From the NCBI RefSeq assembly GCF_009914755.1, contig NC_060930.1: a stretch of 64,000 bases of DNA; one strand, written 5' to 3'. Origin of the DNA: the human T2T-CHM13v2.0 reference genome, Homo sapiens. The notes under the pieces are model-generated. The model was not told the DNA's origin, ran no database searches, and saw nothing but the letters and a program-made list of their open reading frames with translations. Below are positions 12,436 through 25,330 of the stretch, piece after piece. Each line of letters opens with the position of its first letter. Positions within the stretch are counted from its first letter, which is position 1. The translations under genes and the position numbers were made by a program.

Positions 12436-14746
12436 AGCTATGCAAGACCTAAGCCTATGGACTTGCCTGAGAAAAGGGAAGTAAACTAGAGGGATGGTTG
12501 GTATTTCACATTTACAAAACCCCTACCTTGATGTTTGAAGCAAGCAAAACAGGACTTTAGACTGTCACCAAAGAAGATATTTGGAAATGGTAATAAAGAA
12601 GTTAAGAGAGAGGATGGGAAGCAGAGGGCTATAGTGCTTCAACTGAAGCAGCCTGCTTTGCACTGCTGCTGCTGGACTGCTGCTGGCAAGGTTTTTTAGC
12701 TCTCACTTTATCTTGAACTCTGCAGAGGTCAGAGTCCTAGAATAACTGATTCAGTCATTCTATGAGTCTGTCCTCCAAGGAATTTAGAGACCATTTAGTC
12801 AGCAAATATTGATGGAACACCTGTTATATGCCAGGCCCTGGACCAGGCTTTGAGGATGCAGACATGAATAAAATACAGTCCTACTGTTAGGAATTCAAGG
12901 TATAGTTAGAGAGACAGACTCACTGATAGACAGTTATAACACAGAGGTCTGGGGAACAGAGGAGGGGCACTAACTCAAGCTGGGAGTTCTTCAGATTCAA
13001 ATATGGGGAAACTGAGGCCCAGAGAGGGAAAGCTGATGAGATGATATAATTCATGGGCATTGCTATAGACATTAAATATTTCTGGTGATAGTTTGATGCT
13101 TTATAATTATCTTTTGCATGAAAGGTAATGGTTCATGACCCTTCTGCCCCCACTTACTCTTGGCTTTGTGGTTACAACTGCTTTTCCTGACACTTATTGC
13201 TGGCTTGAACTTTGCCTTTTTGTAACCCCCCAGTGACTGGGATCTTGTGTTCTGAAAGAGCTCAACAGTCTCTACTATTTGTCCCCATCAGTCTGCCCAA
13301 TCCTATTACCTGAAGCTTCTCCATTTTCCTCCTCTACATCTCAACTCCCTGTAAATTCCAAGATCTTAGGTTTTGACAATTTCCTAACCACCTGACTTGC
13401 CTTATGTCCAAGTTCCATTGTGCTTAGCTCTGATACTCAGAGAAATGCCTCCTGTGGCCTGCAGAACAGATGACCTAAAGCTCACAGGCTTGCAACAAAA
13501 ATGATCTATATGTAAATCCCATCCCAAAACTCTCCCCCAAACTAACTGAAAGTAGTTGGAGAAGAATCTCTTTGCAGGTTGACAATGCACCTGAAGAAAA
13601 CCATAGGAATTGTGTGTTTCATAAGAGCCCGCTTCTTCATGATTTTGTATGGGAATAAAGTCAGAAGGAAGGCAAGCTTTTGTCCTATAAAGTCCTTGGA
13701 AGAAATGGGCCATTTCACTAAAATACATGTACATACATCCAGAGAAGTATATTTCCTGACTCGAAAAATATCGCCTGCTTAGCCATCTCCTTGGAAGCTC
13801 CTGCTTCAGCCTTACATTTCTCTTCAACCATTGACCTTCTAGAGTCTTGACTAAACACCAGGGTTTAGGGCCCAAATATATATATACACACACACATATA
13901 TATATTTTAACCTTGAGAACCAGTTGAGTCATTCACTATTAACAACAAATTGGGCTCCTAATAATATCTGGCCTTTGTGGAGTGATTAATGTGTGCCAGA
14001 CACTGTGCTGACCACTTGAAAATTATTATGTACTTTAATTTTCTCAACAACTCTTCAGGAAGGCATGTGAGCAGATTCCATAGTTTGATGTCACACAGCA
14101 AGCAACTAGCAGGACCAGGATTTGAACCCAGGGAGTCTGACTCCAGAGCAGAGCCCAGGAACCCACTATCCTGTCTATTCTATGTGCAGATCAGTTTCAA
14201 GGTTCTGGGAAGACAAACAGGTATAAGTTGTGGTCCTCGAGTTCCAGAAAAACTTACGAAATCATGGGGAAGATGAAACAAGAATGCAAAATGAGAAATA
14301 ATGCCAGAAACTACTGCTAAGTGTCTTATCAGTGGGACAGACAGAGCAGGAACTTACCAGGTAGAGGAAGAGATCAGTGAGGCAGGGGAGGTCTAAACGA
14401 CTCCACGGAGAAGCATGGTATTTGGCCTTGAAAGATTGAAAGGACTTAGGTAAGCTGAGAGGAAGAAGTCAACCAAGATAAGAGGACTTTGCACACATGG
14501 GTTCAAGTCCCAGCTCTGACGTTATCTACACAATCATAGGAAAGTCACTCATTCTCCTTATTGTTCTATTTCCTTTTTGTAAAGAGAGAATCTCAGGGAA
14601 GTGGTATGGAGTAAGAGAGAAAGTACAAATTTGGAACCTGGCTTCAGAGAGGTGGGGAGGGAGGAGTTAATGATTTGGTGAGGGGGGTTTACAAAGTTCT
14701 AGTTCTTGACCTAAATAGTGGTTCCATGAGTAAAAATCAACATCCA

Positions 14747-15491
<745 letters not shown>

Positions 15492-16141
15492 TTATTTATA
15501 AATGGGGATGATACCTCACAAGAAGACTGATAGAATGAGGTGACCTGATGGGGAGTACCTAGCAGTACACAGGAAGCTTAAAAGGTATGAAACCGGCATA
15601 GTCCAAGCTCAGTAGATGACCAAAGTCCTGGGAAGACACAGGGGGAGGAAAAGAAGATCCTCCTATCCCAAAGGAATTGGAATGCATATTGAGAATTGGT
15701 GCCTTAATAGGCTTTTAAATTAGGGAAGACACTATTCATCTGAGCTAGTTGAAATTGTTTCCATATTAAAAAAAAAAACAACTGATGGGATGGCTTCCTC
15801 TCCTGCTTTCTCCCCTGTCTCCCATCACTCTTTTGGGATTATTTGAACCAAAATAAACCTCTTTTTCCAATTATCTTAATAGGGCTTGGGTTAAATATAC
15901 GCAGTCATTGATATAACTTTGAAGGGGTATTGAGAAGCCTGTCAGCCAGGCTCCCACAGTCTCCACAGTCTATAGGAGACACAGGGATTTCTGTCTACCT
16001 CAGAAGAAATCCAGCTGGTCAGGACAATGGACTAAGCCCCTCTGTGAATCTGAGTTCTTCATTAGGAAGCAAATAGTAGGGGGAACTAGATAGCACTTAT
16101 CTTTGGCTTCAGGCTCCTTCCTCACCCAGAGCTGCTAAAGA

Positions 16142-16262
16142 CATGGAAGGCTCTGTGGTGAGGGATTCCATGGTGGAGGGCCCCATGGTGGAGGATTCCA
16201 TGGTTGGGGGTTCTATGGTAGACATTTCCATGGTGGAGTGTTCTGTAGTTAGGGGTTCCATG
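16142..16262 (-). repeat. 15-bp tandem repeat (about 8 copies, catggtggagggttc-like) encoding S/T/P/E/M pentapeptides on the minus strand
   Basis: Translates MEPLTTEHSTMEMSTIEPPTMESSTMGPSTMESLTTEPSM. Confidence 0.85.
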
Positions 16263-17044
16263 TGGTGGGGGGAGTCTCTGATTGGAACCTTCATCATGCC
16301 ACTACACCTTTCCTTTTCCCACACAAACCCCACTCCCAAGCCCCAGCCTCATTACTTCCCACTGACCACTAATACCCCACCCTTTAGCAATGCTAAACTA
16401 CAGTTTCTCAAACATCCCAACTTGTTTCCCTTCCTCACATGCCAAGTGCCACTCATCTCACATACTTGGCTTCTACATTTCCTTCTTCAGGAAGCTCCTC
16501 AGGCCTTGTTCCTGGGCCTGGCTTTGGTTCTTTCAGATATAATCTCCCAACACGAAGTGCATCCTCTATTGCAACCCTTATCAGCTGTATTACAATGGTC
16601 GGTTTACTAGTTGATAGGATATTGTTTCATGTTTCTGAATAGAGACCAAAAATAATAATGAACAAAATAGAAATGTGTGTCTTCCCAGCAGGCATCACAT
16701 GAGAGTGTTATGGGGCCATGACTCAGGCCCATTCACTCTTGTTGCTCTGCCTCCCTAGGGGGTTGACAACATGGTGCAATTTGGCTCCAAGCTACACCAG
16801 AATTCCAACCTGTCCTAATTCCAAAGCCAGCCATCCACAAGCTATGCTGCCTGTGTTAGTGAAGTGTAGCTCATTGCAGATTAGGGAGGAAGATGCGAAG
16901 AAAATTAGGAAAGTTCAAGGGATATTGGGAGACACTTGAGTGCCCAGTGGGGGTTGGTAGGAGATGCAATCATAAAGGTCGGTTCACTGTGCAGGACTCG
17001 AATGTCATAAATACATTTGATAATGACAGTGCCCTTGTCTTAAT

Positions 17045-17457
17045 CCATTTGTTTTGTTTTAAAGGAACACTTGAGGCTGTTTAATTTATAAAGAAAAGAG
17101 GTTTATTTGGCACATGATTCTGTTGGCTGGAAGACTATGCACCTGGTGAAAGCCTCAGCTGCTTCCACTCATGGTGGAAGGTGAAGGGGATTCAACATGT
17201 GCAGAGACCACACAGTGAGAGAGGAAGCAAGAGAGAGGAAGGGAGGTGCCAGGCTCTTTTTAACAACCAATCTTGTGGGAACTAATATAGTGAGAGCTCA
17301 CTCACTGCCCCCACTTCAGGGAGGGAATTAATGTATTTGTGAGGGAGCCAGCCCCATGACCCAACACCTCCCACTAGGCCTCACTTCCCAACACTGTAAC
17401 ACTGGGGATGAAATTTCAACATGAGATTTGGAGGGGTCAAATGTCCAAACAATAGCA
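17045..17457 (+). mobile_element. MaLR (MST-type) LTR
   Basis: aatttataaagaaaagaggtttatttgg...aaatttcaacatgagatttggagggg...ccaaacaatagca. Confidence 0.8.
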
Positions 17458-18513
17458 GGTCTTGATGGTCAGACAGTGTCATCTCTCAGGCATGCACTCC
17501 AAAATCACTGCCTCTGAAGTGAGAATCAGCTCCAAGTGCCTCTGAAGACTTTTCCTAAATCTTTCTTACATCATATTGGAGAGATGTGGGTCAGATCTCT
17601 GCAAAGGGAAGTGAGTAAAGAAGCTGATTCTCAACAAATCACTTCTACAGCTGGAGTCCATGGGCCTGAGCCATCTACCTTCTGAGCTGTTTCTAAACTT
17701 GACTGATCATCAGAATCATCTTAGCACTTTAATAACAAAGAAATGAGATCCTGAGCCTATCTGTGTCCCCTTTAATATCCAGGGTTGGGCTCAGGAACCT
17801 GTATATTTTTGTAAAATTCTTCCAGTGACTCTGATGAGGAGCTGGGTGTGGGCACCTTTGCACCTAGGAGACCCATCACCACCCTGTGTTTACTGTAACT
17901 GAAGATTCACCAACCGAACTCCTTTTTTCTTTCATGGTGGAAGCATTTTTCTCTCTTTGGACCCATGGCAGGTTGATTCTTCTTAGACATTCTCTCTGAA
18001 TTCTAAGTTTATTGCAAAGTCCAAAAAGTTTTGGGCCTCCTCCAAGCCTCCTCAGTGACAAATCCATTCTCTAGAATATTAAATACAGAGCTGAGTGATT
18101 CTAAACTTTGGCTAACCACAAACTCCAACCTCTATACATCTTGTAAAGAGGTTCAGAAAAATCATTAGACATCAAAACTTCAAATGCACCCCTGATAGAG
18201 ACTTCTTCTTAGGTTTGACCATCCATCTCCCATGATTCCCAAACCACTAAGTCCCTGGGCCAAGATTTCTGTCATTAGGAAATCACCCAGGCAGGAACTG
18301 AGCCCTGGTAATAGTAGATTTATCTAGTGGCTTCATGAGTCATGTGCTTTATATACATCATTCCATGAAAACCACCTTGACAAGTTGGGGATATTAGCAT
18401 TATGAGTCCCAATTATAGATGAAGAATCTGAAGCTCAGAGGAGTAGAAATGGCCTATATCTGCACACATGCACACACATGGAAGAGAGGAAAAGGACAAG
18501 AAATCGAGGTGGA

Positions 18514-18823
<310 letters not shown>

Positions 18824-19939
18824 AGATAGAAAGACAGAGAGCATTTCCTTGTTGAGGCCTGCTTCCTATTTTCCTGATTCTCTGTGAAAGGTCCTTTCCA
18901 GAGAAAGTTCCCCCACACCTTTCACATTCTCATGCCAATAGCAGCCAATACAGAAACAGCCTTTGATGCTCCAAGGAAAACTTTAGCAAACAAAATTGAG
19001 CTCCTTCTGCAAAAACTAGCTTCTCCTTTGCATCATTTCAGAGCCTCCATGGACCCACAAATATTATTTTCAGCTAATCACGTATGCGCCAGACAGTTAT
19101 GATATACAATAAATGATTAACACATTCAGCTGATTCGAAGACAATTCACCAAATTTATTGGAAGGCACTTTTATTCAAGACACCACACAGATTCCCTTTC
19201 CCTACATTTTTTTGTTCCTTTGCTGATTCACTCTGTATTGTGGCTGAATCATTTAGCTTTTCTGTTGTTGTTGTTCCATTCCTTTGACTTTTGTAACTCA
19301 ACAGAGCTGAATGGGAGAAGGCTGGGCACATGATTACTGCTGGGAAAATGGCAGTTTGACTCATGAGAGGTATGGTGAGCACACTTTGGGATCAGAAGAA
19401 TTCTAAATCTGAGGCACTTGAAGAGAAAATAGCCATCACATTTGGTCTGTCTTCCTGTGGAGATTGAGTTCATCCCCCACACCCCACTCTACCCAGTGCT
19501 ATTATGTGCTGATAGGAGGAGCGTTATACTGACTATGATTGGTCTGTAGCAATTAGCTCAAATTCTCCTCTGGCAGGCTGGACCCTCCAGAGCATTAATT
19601 GGTTTTAATGCAGAGTGGTTTAAAATAACTCACTCTTCCACAGGCTAATTCCTTGTTTCTCGGAGCAGATTGAATTGTTCGGAAATGAACCATTCTTCTC
19701 ACTCGGCCCTTGGTTTGTAGCATCTTTCTAGAAAAGAGAGGCTAATGTGGGAATGGGGTCAGGGAGAGACTGGCTGTTGCCTGTTCTGTGACTCCAAAAT
19801 GTTTTCTCTAGTCTGGACAGTATTATCCTTGTCTTTCGAAACTGATTGATGAATGCAGAATAATGTGCATTAAGAAAATCATTATATTCCCACACCACTC
19901 AGAGTACTGAATGGCTAAAAAATAATGTCAGCCAAGTGT

Positions 19940-22900
19940 TGTCATGTGCGTCTGTGTGAAGAGACCACCAAACAGGCTTTGTGTGAGCAACAAAGCTGCT
20001 TATTTCACCTGGGTGCAGGCAGGCTGAGTCCGAAAAAGGAGTCAGTGAAGGGAGATAGGGGTGGGGCTGTTTTATAGGATTTGGGTGGGTAGTGGAAAAT
20101 TACAGTCAAAGGGGGTTTTTCTCTTACGGGCAGGGGCAGGGGTCACAAGGTGCTCAGTGGGGGAGGTTCTGAGCCAGGAGAAGGAATTTCACAAGGTTAA
20201 TTGCTCAGTTGAGGTGGGGCAGGAACAAATCACAATGGTGGAATGTCATCAGTTAAGGCAGGAACCAGCCATTTTCACTTCTTTTGTGATTCTTCACTTG
20301 CTTCAGGCCATCTGGATGTATACGTGCAGGTCACAGGGGATACGGTGGCTTAGCTTGGGCTCAGAGGCCTGACATTCCTGCCTTCTTATATTAATAAGAA
20401 AAATAACATAAAATAGTATTGAAGTGTTGGGGCAGTGAAAATTATGGGGGGTGGTATGGAGAGATAATGGGCAATGTTTCTCAGGGCTGCTTCAAGTGGG
20501 ATTAGGGGTGGCATGGGAACCTAGAGTGGGAGAGTTTAAGCTGAAGGAAGATTTTGTGGTAAGGTTGTTAGAAGGAGCATTTGTCATATAGAATGATTGG
20601 TGATGGCCTGGATGTGGTTTTGTATGAATTGAAAAACTAAACGGAAGACACAAGGTCCAAATAAGAGAAGGAGAAAAACAGGTATTAATGGACTAAGAAT
20701 TGGGAGGACCCAGGACATCCAATTAGAGAGTGCCCAAGGGGGTTCAGCATAATTACTTGCTTGGTTGGCAAGTTTTCGGGCTCTATTCTTGACAGAGACC
20801 TTTTTTTTAAGTTGGAGGCTGAGCTTAGTGAGGTATGATTTTAAAAGACCATTAGTCCGTTTTACCTTTCCTGAAGATTGAGGATGGTAAGGGGTATGAA
20901 GATTCCACTGAACACCAAGAGCCTGAGAAACTGCTTGGGTGATTTAACTAATAAAGGCCAGTCTGTTATGTATAGAGGTGGGAAGGCCAAATCGAGGAAT
21001 TATGTCTGACAGAAGGGAAGAAATGACTGTGGTGGCCTTCTCAGACCCTGTGAGACCCATCCAGTGAAAGTGTCTACCTAGACCAAGAGGTATTTTAGTT
21101 TCCCGACTCAGGGCATGTGAGTAAAGTCAATTTGCCAGTCCTGGGCAGGGGCAAATCCCCGAGCTTGATGTATAGGGAAGGGAGGGGGCCTGAACAATCC
21201 CCGAGGAGTAGTAAAATAGCAGATGGAACACTGAGAAGTGATTTCCTTGAGAATAGATTTCCATGATGGAAAGGAAATGAGAGGTTCTAAGAGTCAGGCT
21301 AGCGGCTTGTAACCTACATGGAAGAGGTTATGAAATGACAACAGAATAGAATGGGCCTGTGAGGCTGGAAGGAGATATTTTCCTTGGTCTAAGAACCATT
21401 TGCCTTGTTTGGGGAGAGATTGATAGGTGGAAGTTTCAGTGGGAGAGTAGGTGGGAGTGACTGATGAGGAGGAGAAAAACTGGCCATGAGGGACAGAAGT
21501 TGGAACACTAGCTGCTTCTTTAGCTACCTTATCAGCATAAGCGTTGCCCTGAGCGATGGGATCTGGTGCCTTTTGATGGCCCTCACAGTGAATAACTCCA
21601 GCTTTCTTTGGAAGCAAAGCAGCCTTGAGACGAGTTTTTATTAAAGAGGCATTAATGATGGAAGACCCTTGCATAGTGAGGAAACCTGTTTCAGCCCATA
21701 TAACAGCAAGGTGGTGCAGGATATGGAAGACATATTTAGAGTCAGTATAAATATTGACTGTAGTCCCTTGCAAGAGTGAGGGCCTGAGTTAAGGCAATGA
21801 GTTCAGCTTGCTGAGAGGTAGTGGAGGGGGCAGAGCAGAAGCCTCAATGATAGATGTGGAAGATACTACTATAGCATAGCCTGCCTTAGCTGGTGAGTGG
21901 CGATTAGGCCTGGTGGAACTGCCATCAGTAAACCAAGTCAGGGTGAGGAACAGGAAAGAAGGAAATATGGGGAAATGGAGTGAATGCCAGGTGTATCAGA
22001 GAGATACAGTCATGGGGGTCATGTGTGGTATCAGGAATAATGTGGAAGGCCGGATTGAAGTCTGGGCCAGAAACAATGGTAATTGTGGGAGACTCAACAA
22101 AGAGTGAGTATAGCCAAAGGAGCTGGAGGGCAGAAAGTATATGCGTCAGGTGTGAGGAAGAAAATAGATTTTGGAAGTTATGGGAACGTAGAGAGTGAGT
22201 TGAGCATAGTTTGTGATTTTGAGGGCCTCTAAAAGTATTAAAGCTGCAGCATCTGCCACACGCAGACATGAGGGCTAGGCTAAAAAAGTAAGGTCAAGTT
22301 GTTTGGACAGAAAGGCTATAGGGTACGGTCCCGGCTCTTGGGTAAGAATTCTAACCACACAGCCCTTCTCTTCGGCTGTGTGTAATGGAAAAGGTTGGGA
22401 TGAGTTAGGGAGAGCTAGTGTGGGAGCAGCCTTTAGGGCTGTTTTTAAGGAACGGAAAGAGGATTGGGGAAAGGATTTAGGATCTATGGGGTCAGCTAGG
22501 TTTATCTAGAGAAGAATAATGGGTTGTGGAGGGAGGTATTGAGGATAGGAGAGTATCCTATGGGCCACCCCATAGGCATATGTCTTGCCCCATAGGCAAG
22601 ACAATTTGGTTGATAAAGCGCAGATCCTGAACTAACCTGTAAGACTTGTCTGGTTTTTGGACAGGTAAAATGGGGGAATTGTAAGGAGAGATTATAGGCT
22701 TTAAAAGGCCATGCTGTAACAGGCGAGTGATAACAGGCTTTAATCCTTTTAAAGCATGCTGTAGGATGGGATATTGGCATTGAGCGAGGGAAGGGTGATT
22801 AGGTTTTAATGGGATGGTAAGGGGTGCATCATCTGTCACCAAGGAGGGAGTAGAGGTGTCCTATACTTGTCAATTAAGGTGGGGAGATACAAGGAGAGGA

Positions 22901-24947
22901 TGTGAAGGAGGCTTTGAACTGGGGGAAAAGGTGGCAATGAGATGTGGCTGTAGCTTAGGAATAGTCAGGGAAGCAGATAATTTAGTTAAAATGTCTCCAC
23001 CTAATAAGGGAGCTGGGCAGGTGGGGATAACTAAAAAAGAGTGCATGAAAGAATGCTGTCCAAATTGGCACCAGAGTTGGGGAGTTTTAAGAGGTTTAGA
23101 AGCCTGGCCGTCAATACCCACAACAGTTATAGAGGCAAGGGAAACACACACTTGAAAAGAAGATAATGTGGAGTGGATAGCCTCCGTATTGATTAAGAAG
23201 GGGACGAACTTACTCTCCACTGTAAGAGTTACCCAAAGTGTCTGTGATGGTCCTGTAGGCTCCTGAGGCGATCCGGCAGTGTCAGTCTTCAGCCACTAAG
23301 CCGAGATCAGATAAAGAAAAAGGAGCATTAATCTTGGCTATGCCTTCAGCTCCAGCCACCTCTTTAAGAGGAAATTGTTGGGCAGGTGGGGGAGGGCTAG
23401 TTGAAGAAAGAAATTATAAGCTGGATGGGGTGTGAGGAGGGGGTGATAAAAGGATTACAGGGTCAGGGAGTGGAGGCTGAGGAAGAATTGGGACCTGGCT
23501 TGGCCTGGCGAGGAGCAGCCTGGGGAGGAGGGGAGAGGTCAGATGAGTCTGTAGGAAAGGAGGATTCAAAGGACTCAGAGCTTGGGGTGGAGACTGAAAG
23601 AACAGACAGGAGAGAAAGAAGAAAGATTTGGGACGAGTCTCACTGAGAGCAGAGACTACGGAGGGACCGATGTGTAAAAGAATGCCTGGACGTCAGGCAC
23701 CTCAGACCCTTTGCCCATTTTTCGACAAAAATTATCTAGATCTTGTAGGATAGACAAATCGAAAGTGCCATTCTCTGGCCACTTGGAACTACTGTCGAGT
23801 TTGTACTGGGGCCAAGCGGTATTGCAGAAGAAAATAAGGCATTTAAGTTTTAGGTCAGGTGTGGGTTGAAGAGGTTTTACGTTCTTGAGAACACAGGCTA
23901 AGGGAGAAGAAGAGGGAATGGAGGGCCGAAGTTTGCCCATAGTGAAGGAGGTAAGTTTAAAGAGAAAGCTAGAGACAATGGAGAAGGGGGTGGTAAGCAG
24001 CCCTGGGCTGCAATGTGGGTGAGCAGCCAAAGCAGGCATCCCTGCAACTGACTTGCCACCAAGGGAATGTGGGTGAATGACCAAGGCAGGCATCCCCGCA
24101 GTGATCAGACACCAATGGAGTGTGGGTGAATAATCAGGCAGGTGTCCCTGCAGTGATTAAACACCAAGGGAAGAATGTCTTCCCAAGTCTGTAACTGGCA
24201 CTGGAGTTTTGGGTCCACGGATAAAATGAGTCTCCTTTGTCTCTACTAGAAAGGAAAATAAGTGGAATTGGAAGGACAGGGAGATTGAAGGATAGCAAGA
24301 GAGGGAGATTGAAGGGTAGCGAGAGGCTGGAGAAGAGAGTGAAAAGACCACTTACCTGATTTGAAATTGGCGAGATGTTCCTCGGGCTGGTTGATCTGAG
24401 GACCCAAGGTCATAGGTGGATCTCCTCATGGAGTGAGGGCGATGACAGGGGACCGATCTCCTGAAGCAGTCCTCCTGTCCCGGGTCTTCGGCACCAAATG
24501 TCATGTGCGTCCGTGTGGAGAGACCACCAAACAGGCTTTGTGTGAGCAACAAAGCTGCTTATTTCACCTGGGTGCAGGTGGGCTGAGTCCGAAAAGAGAG
24601 TCAGCGAAGGGAGATGGGGTGGGGCCGTTTTATAGGATTTGGGTGGGTAGTGGAAAATTACAGTCAAAGGGGGTTTTTCTCTTACGGGCAGGGGCGGGGG
24701 TCACAAGGTGCTCAGTGGGGGTCACAAGGTGCTCAGTGGCTCTGAGCCAGGAGAAGGAATTTCACAAGGTTAATGGCTCAGTTAAGGTGGGGCAGGAACA
24801 AATCACAATGGTGGAATGTCATCACGTAAGGCAAGGAACCAGCCTTTTCACATCTTTTGTGATTCTTCACTTGCTTCAGGCCGTCTGGACGTCTAGGTGC
24901 AGGTCACAGGGGATACGATGGGTTAGCTTGGGCTCAGAGGCCTGACA
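19940..24947 (-). mobile_element. HERV-H provirus with both LTR7-family LTRs and internal deletions
   Basis: 5' LTR 24499-24947, 3' LTR 19940-20374, 5-bp TSD AGTGT (19935-19939 and 24948-24952). PBS 24478-24496. Splice donor CAG|GTAAGT at 24356/24355. gag MA start MGKLRPSIPSSSPLACVLK (ATG 23940). pro LINTEA. RT PYNSPILPVQKPDKSYRLVQDLR. RNase H NIYTDSKY. PPT 20375-20387. All ORFs are disrupted. Confidence 0.95.
24499..24947 (-). promoter_or_regulatory. 5' LTR7-type promoter
   Basis: TATAAAA on the minus strand at 24628-24634, adjacent GC/GT box ggggtggggc at 24616-24625. Confidence 0.65.
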
Positions 24948-25112
24948 AGTGTAACTATGTGGAAAGGGTGCCATGTATAAGTACTTGCGCTGGCTCCACA
25001 ACCACCTAAATCAGTTTTACTTATCTGTAAAATGAACCAGTTAGACTTACTGCTTTCTAAAGACTTAAGCTGACTGAAGAAGAGTTTGTTTAAATCCATT
25101 TTATTGTTCTAA

Positions 25113-25330
25113 AACAGTGTTTCCCATCCTCAGCATGAATAACATTTTGGGCCAGATAATTCCTTGTTTGGGGACTGTAAAGTATATTGTCAGATATTTA
25201 CAAGGGCCCATGGTCTCTACCTATTATATTCCAGGAGCATTTACCCGCTGACTTGTAACGGCAAAGACTATTTTCAGATATCAACAAATTTTTCTCAGGG
25301 AGCAAAACTGCCACTGGTTGAGAGCCACCT
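25113..25330 (+). mobile_element. MER20-like hAT element
   Basis: cagtgtttcccatcctcagc...ttttgggccagataattc...ctggttgagagccac. Confidence 0.6.

Noticed and set aside
13402-13932. 176-aa minus-strand ORF
   Set aside because: Crosses a (TA/CA) microsatellite, has no recognisable domain and no clear exon bounds.
16143-16610. 155-aa plus-strand ORF over the 15-bp repeat
   Set aside because: Open because of the stop-poor repeat; the remainder has no protein-like features.
21294-24093. HERV-H gag/pro/pol ORF fragments as functional genes
   Set aside because: Stops, frameshifts and large deletions, including most of gag and the RT core; not coding-competent.
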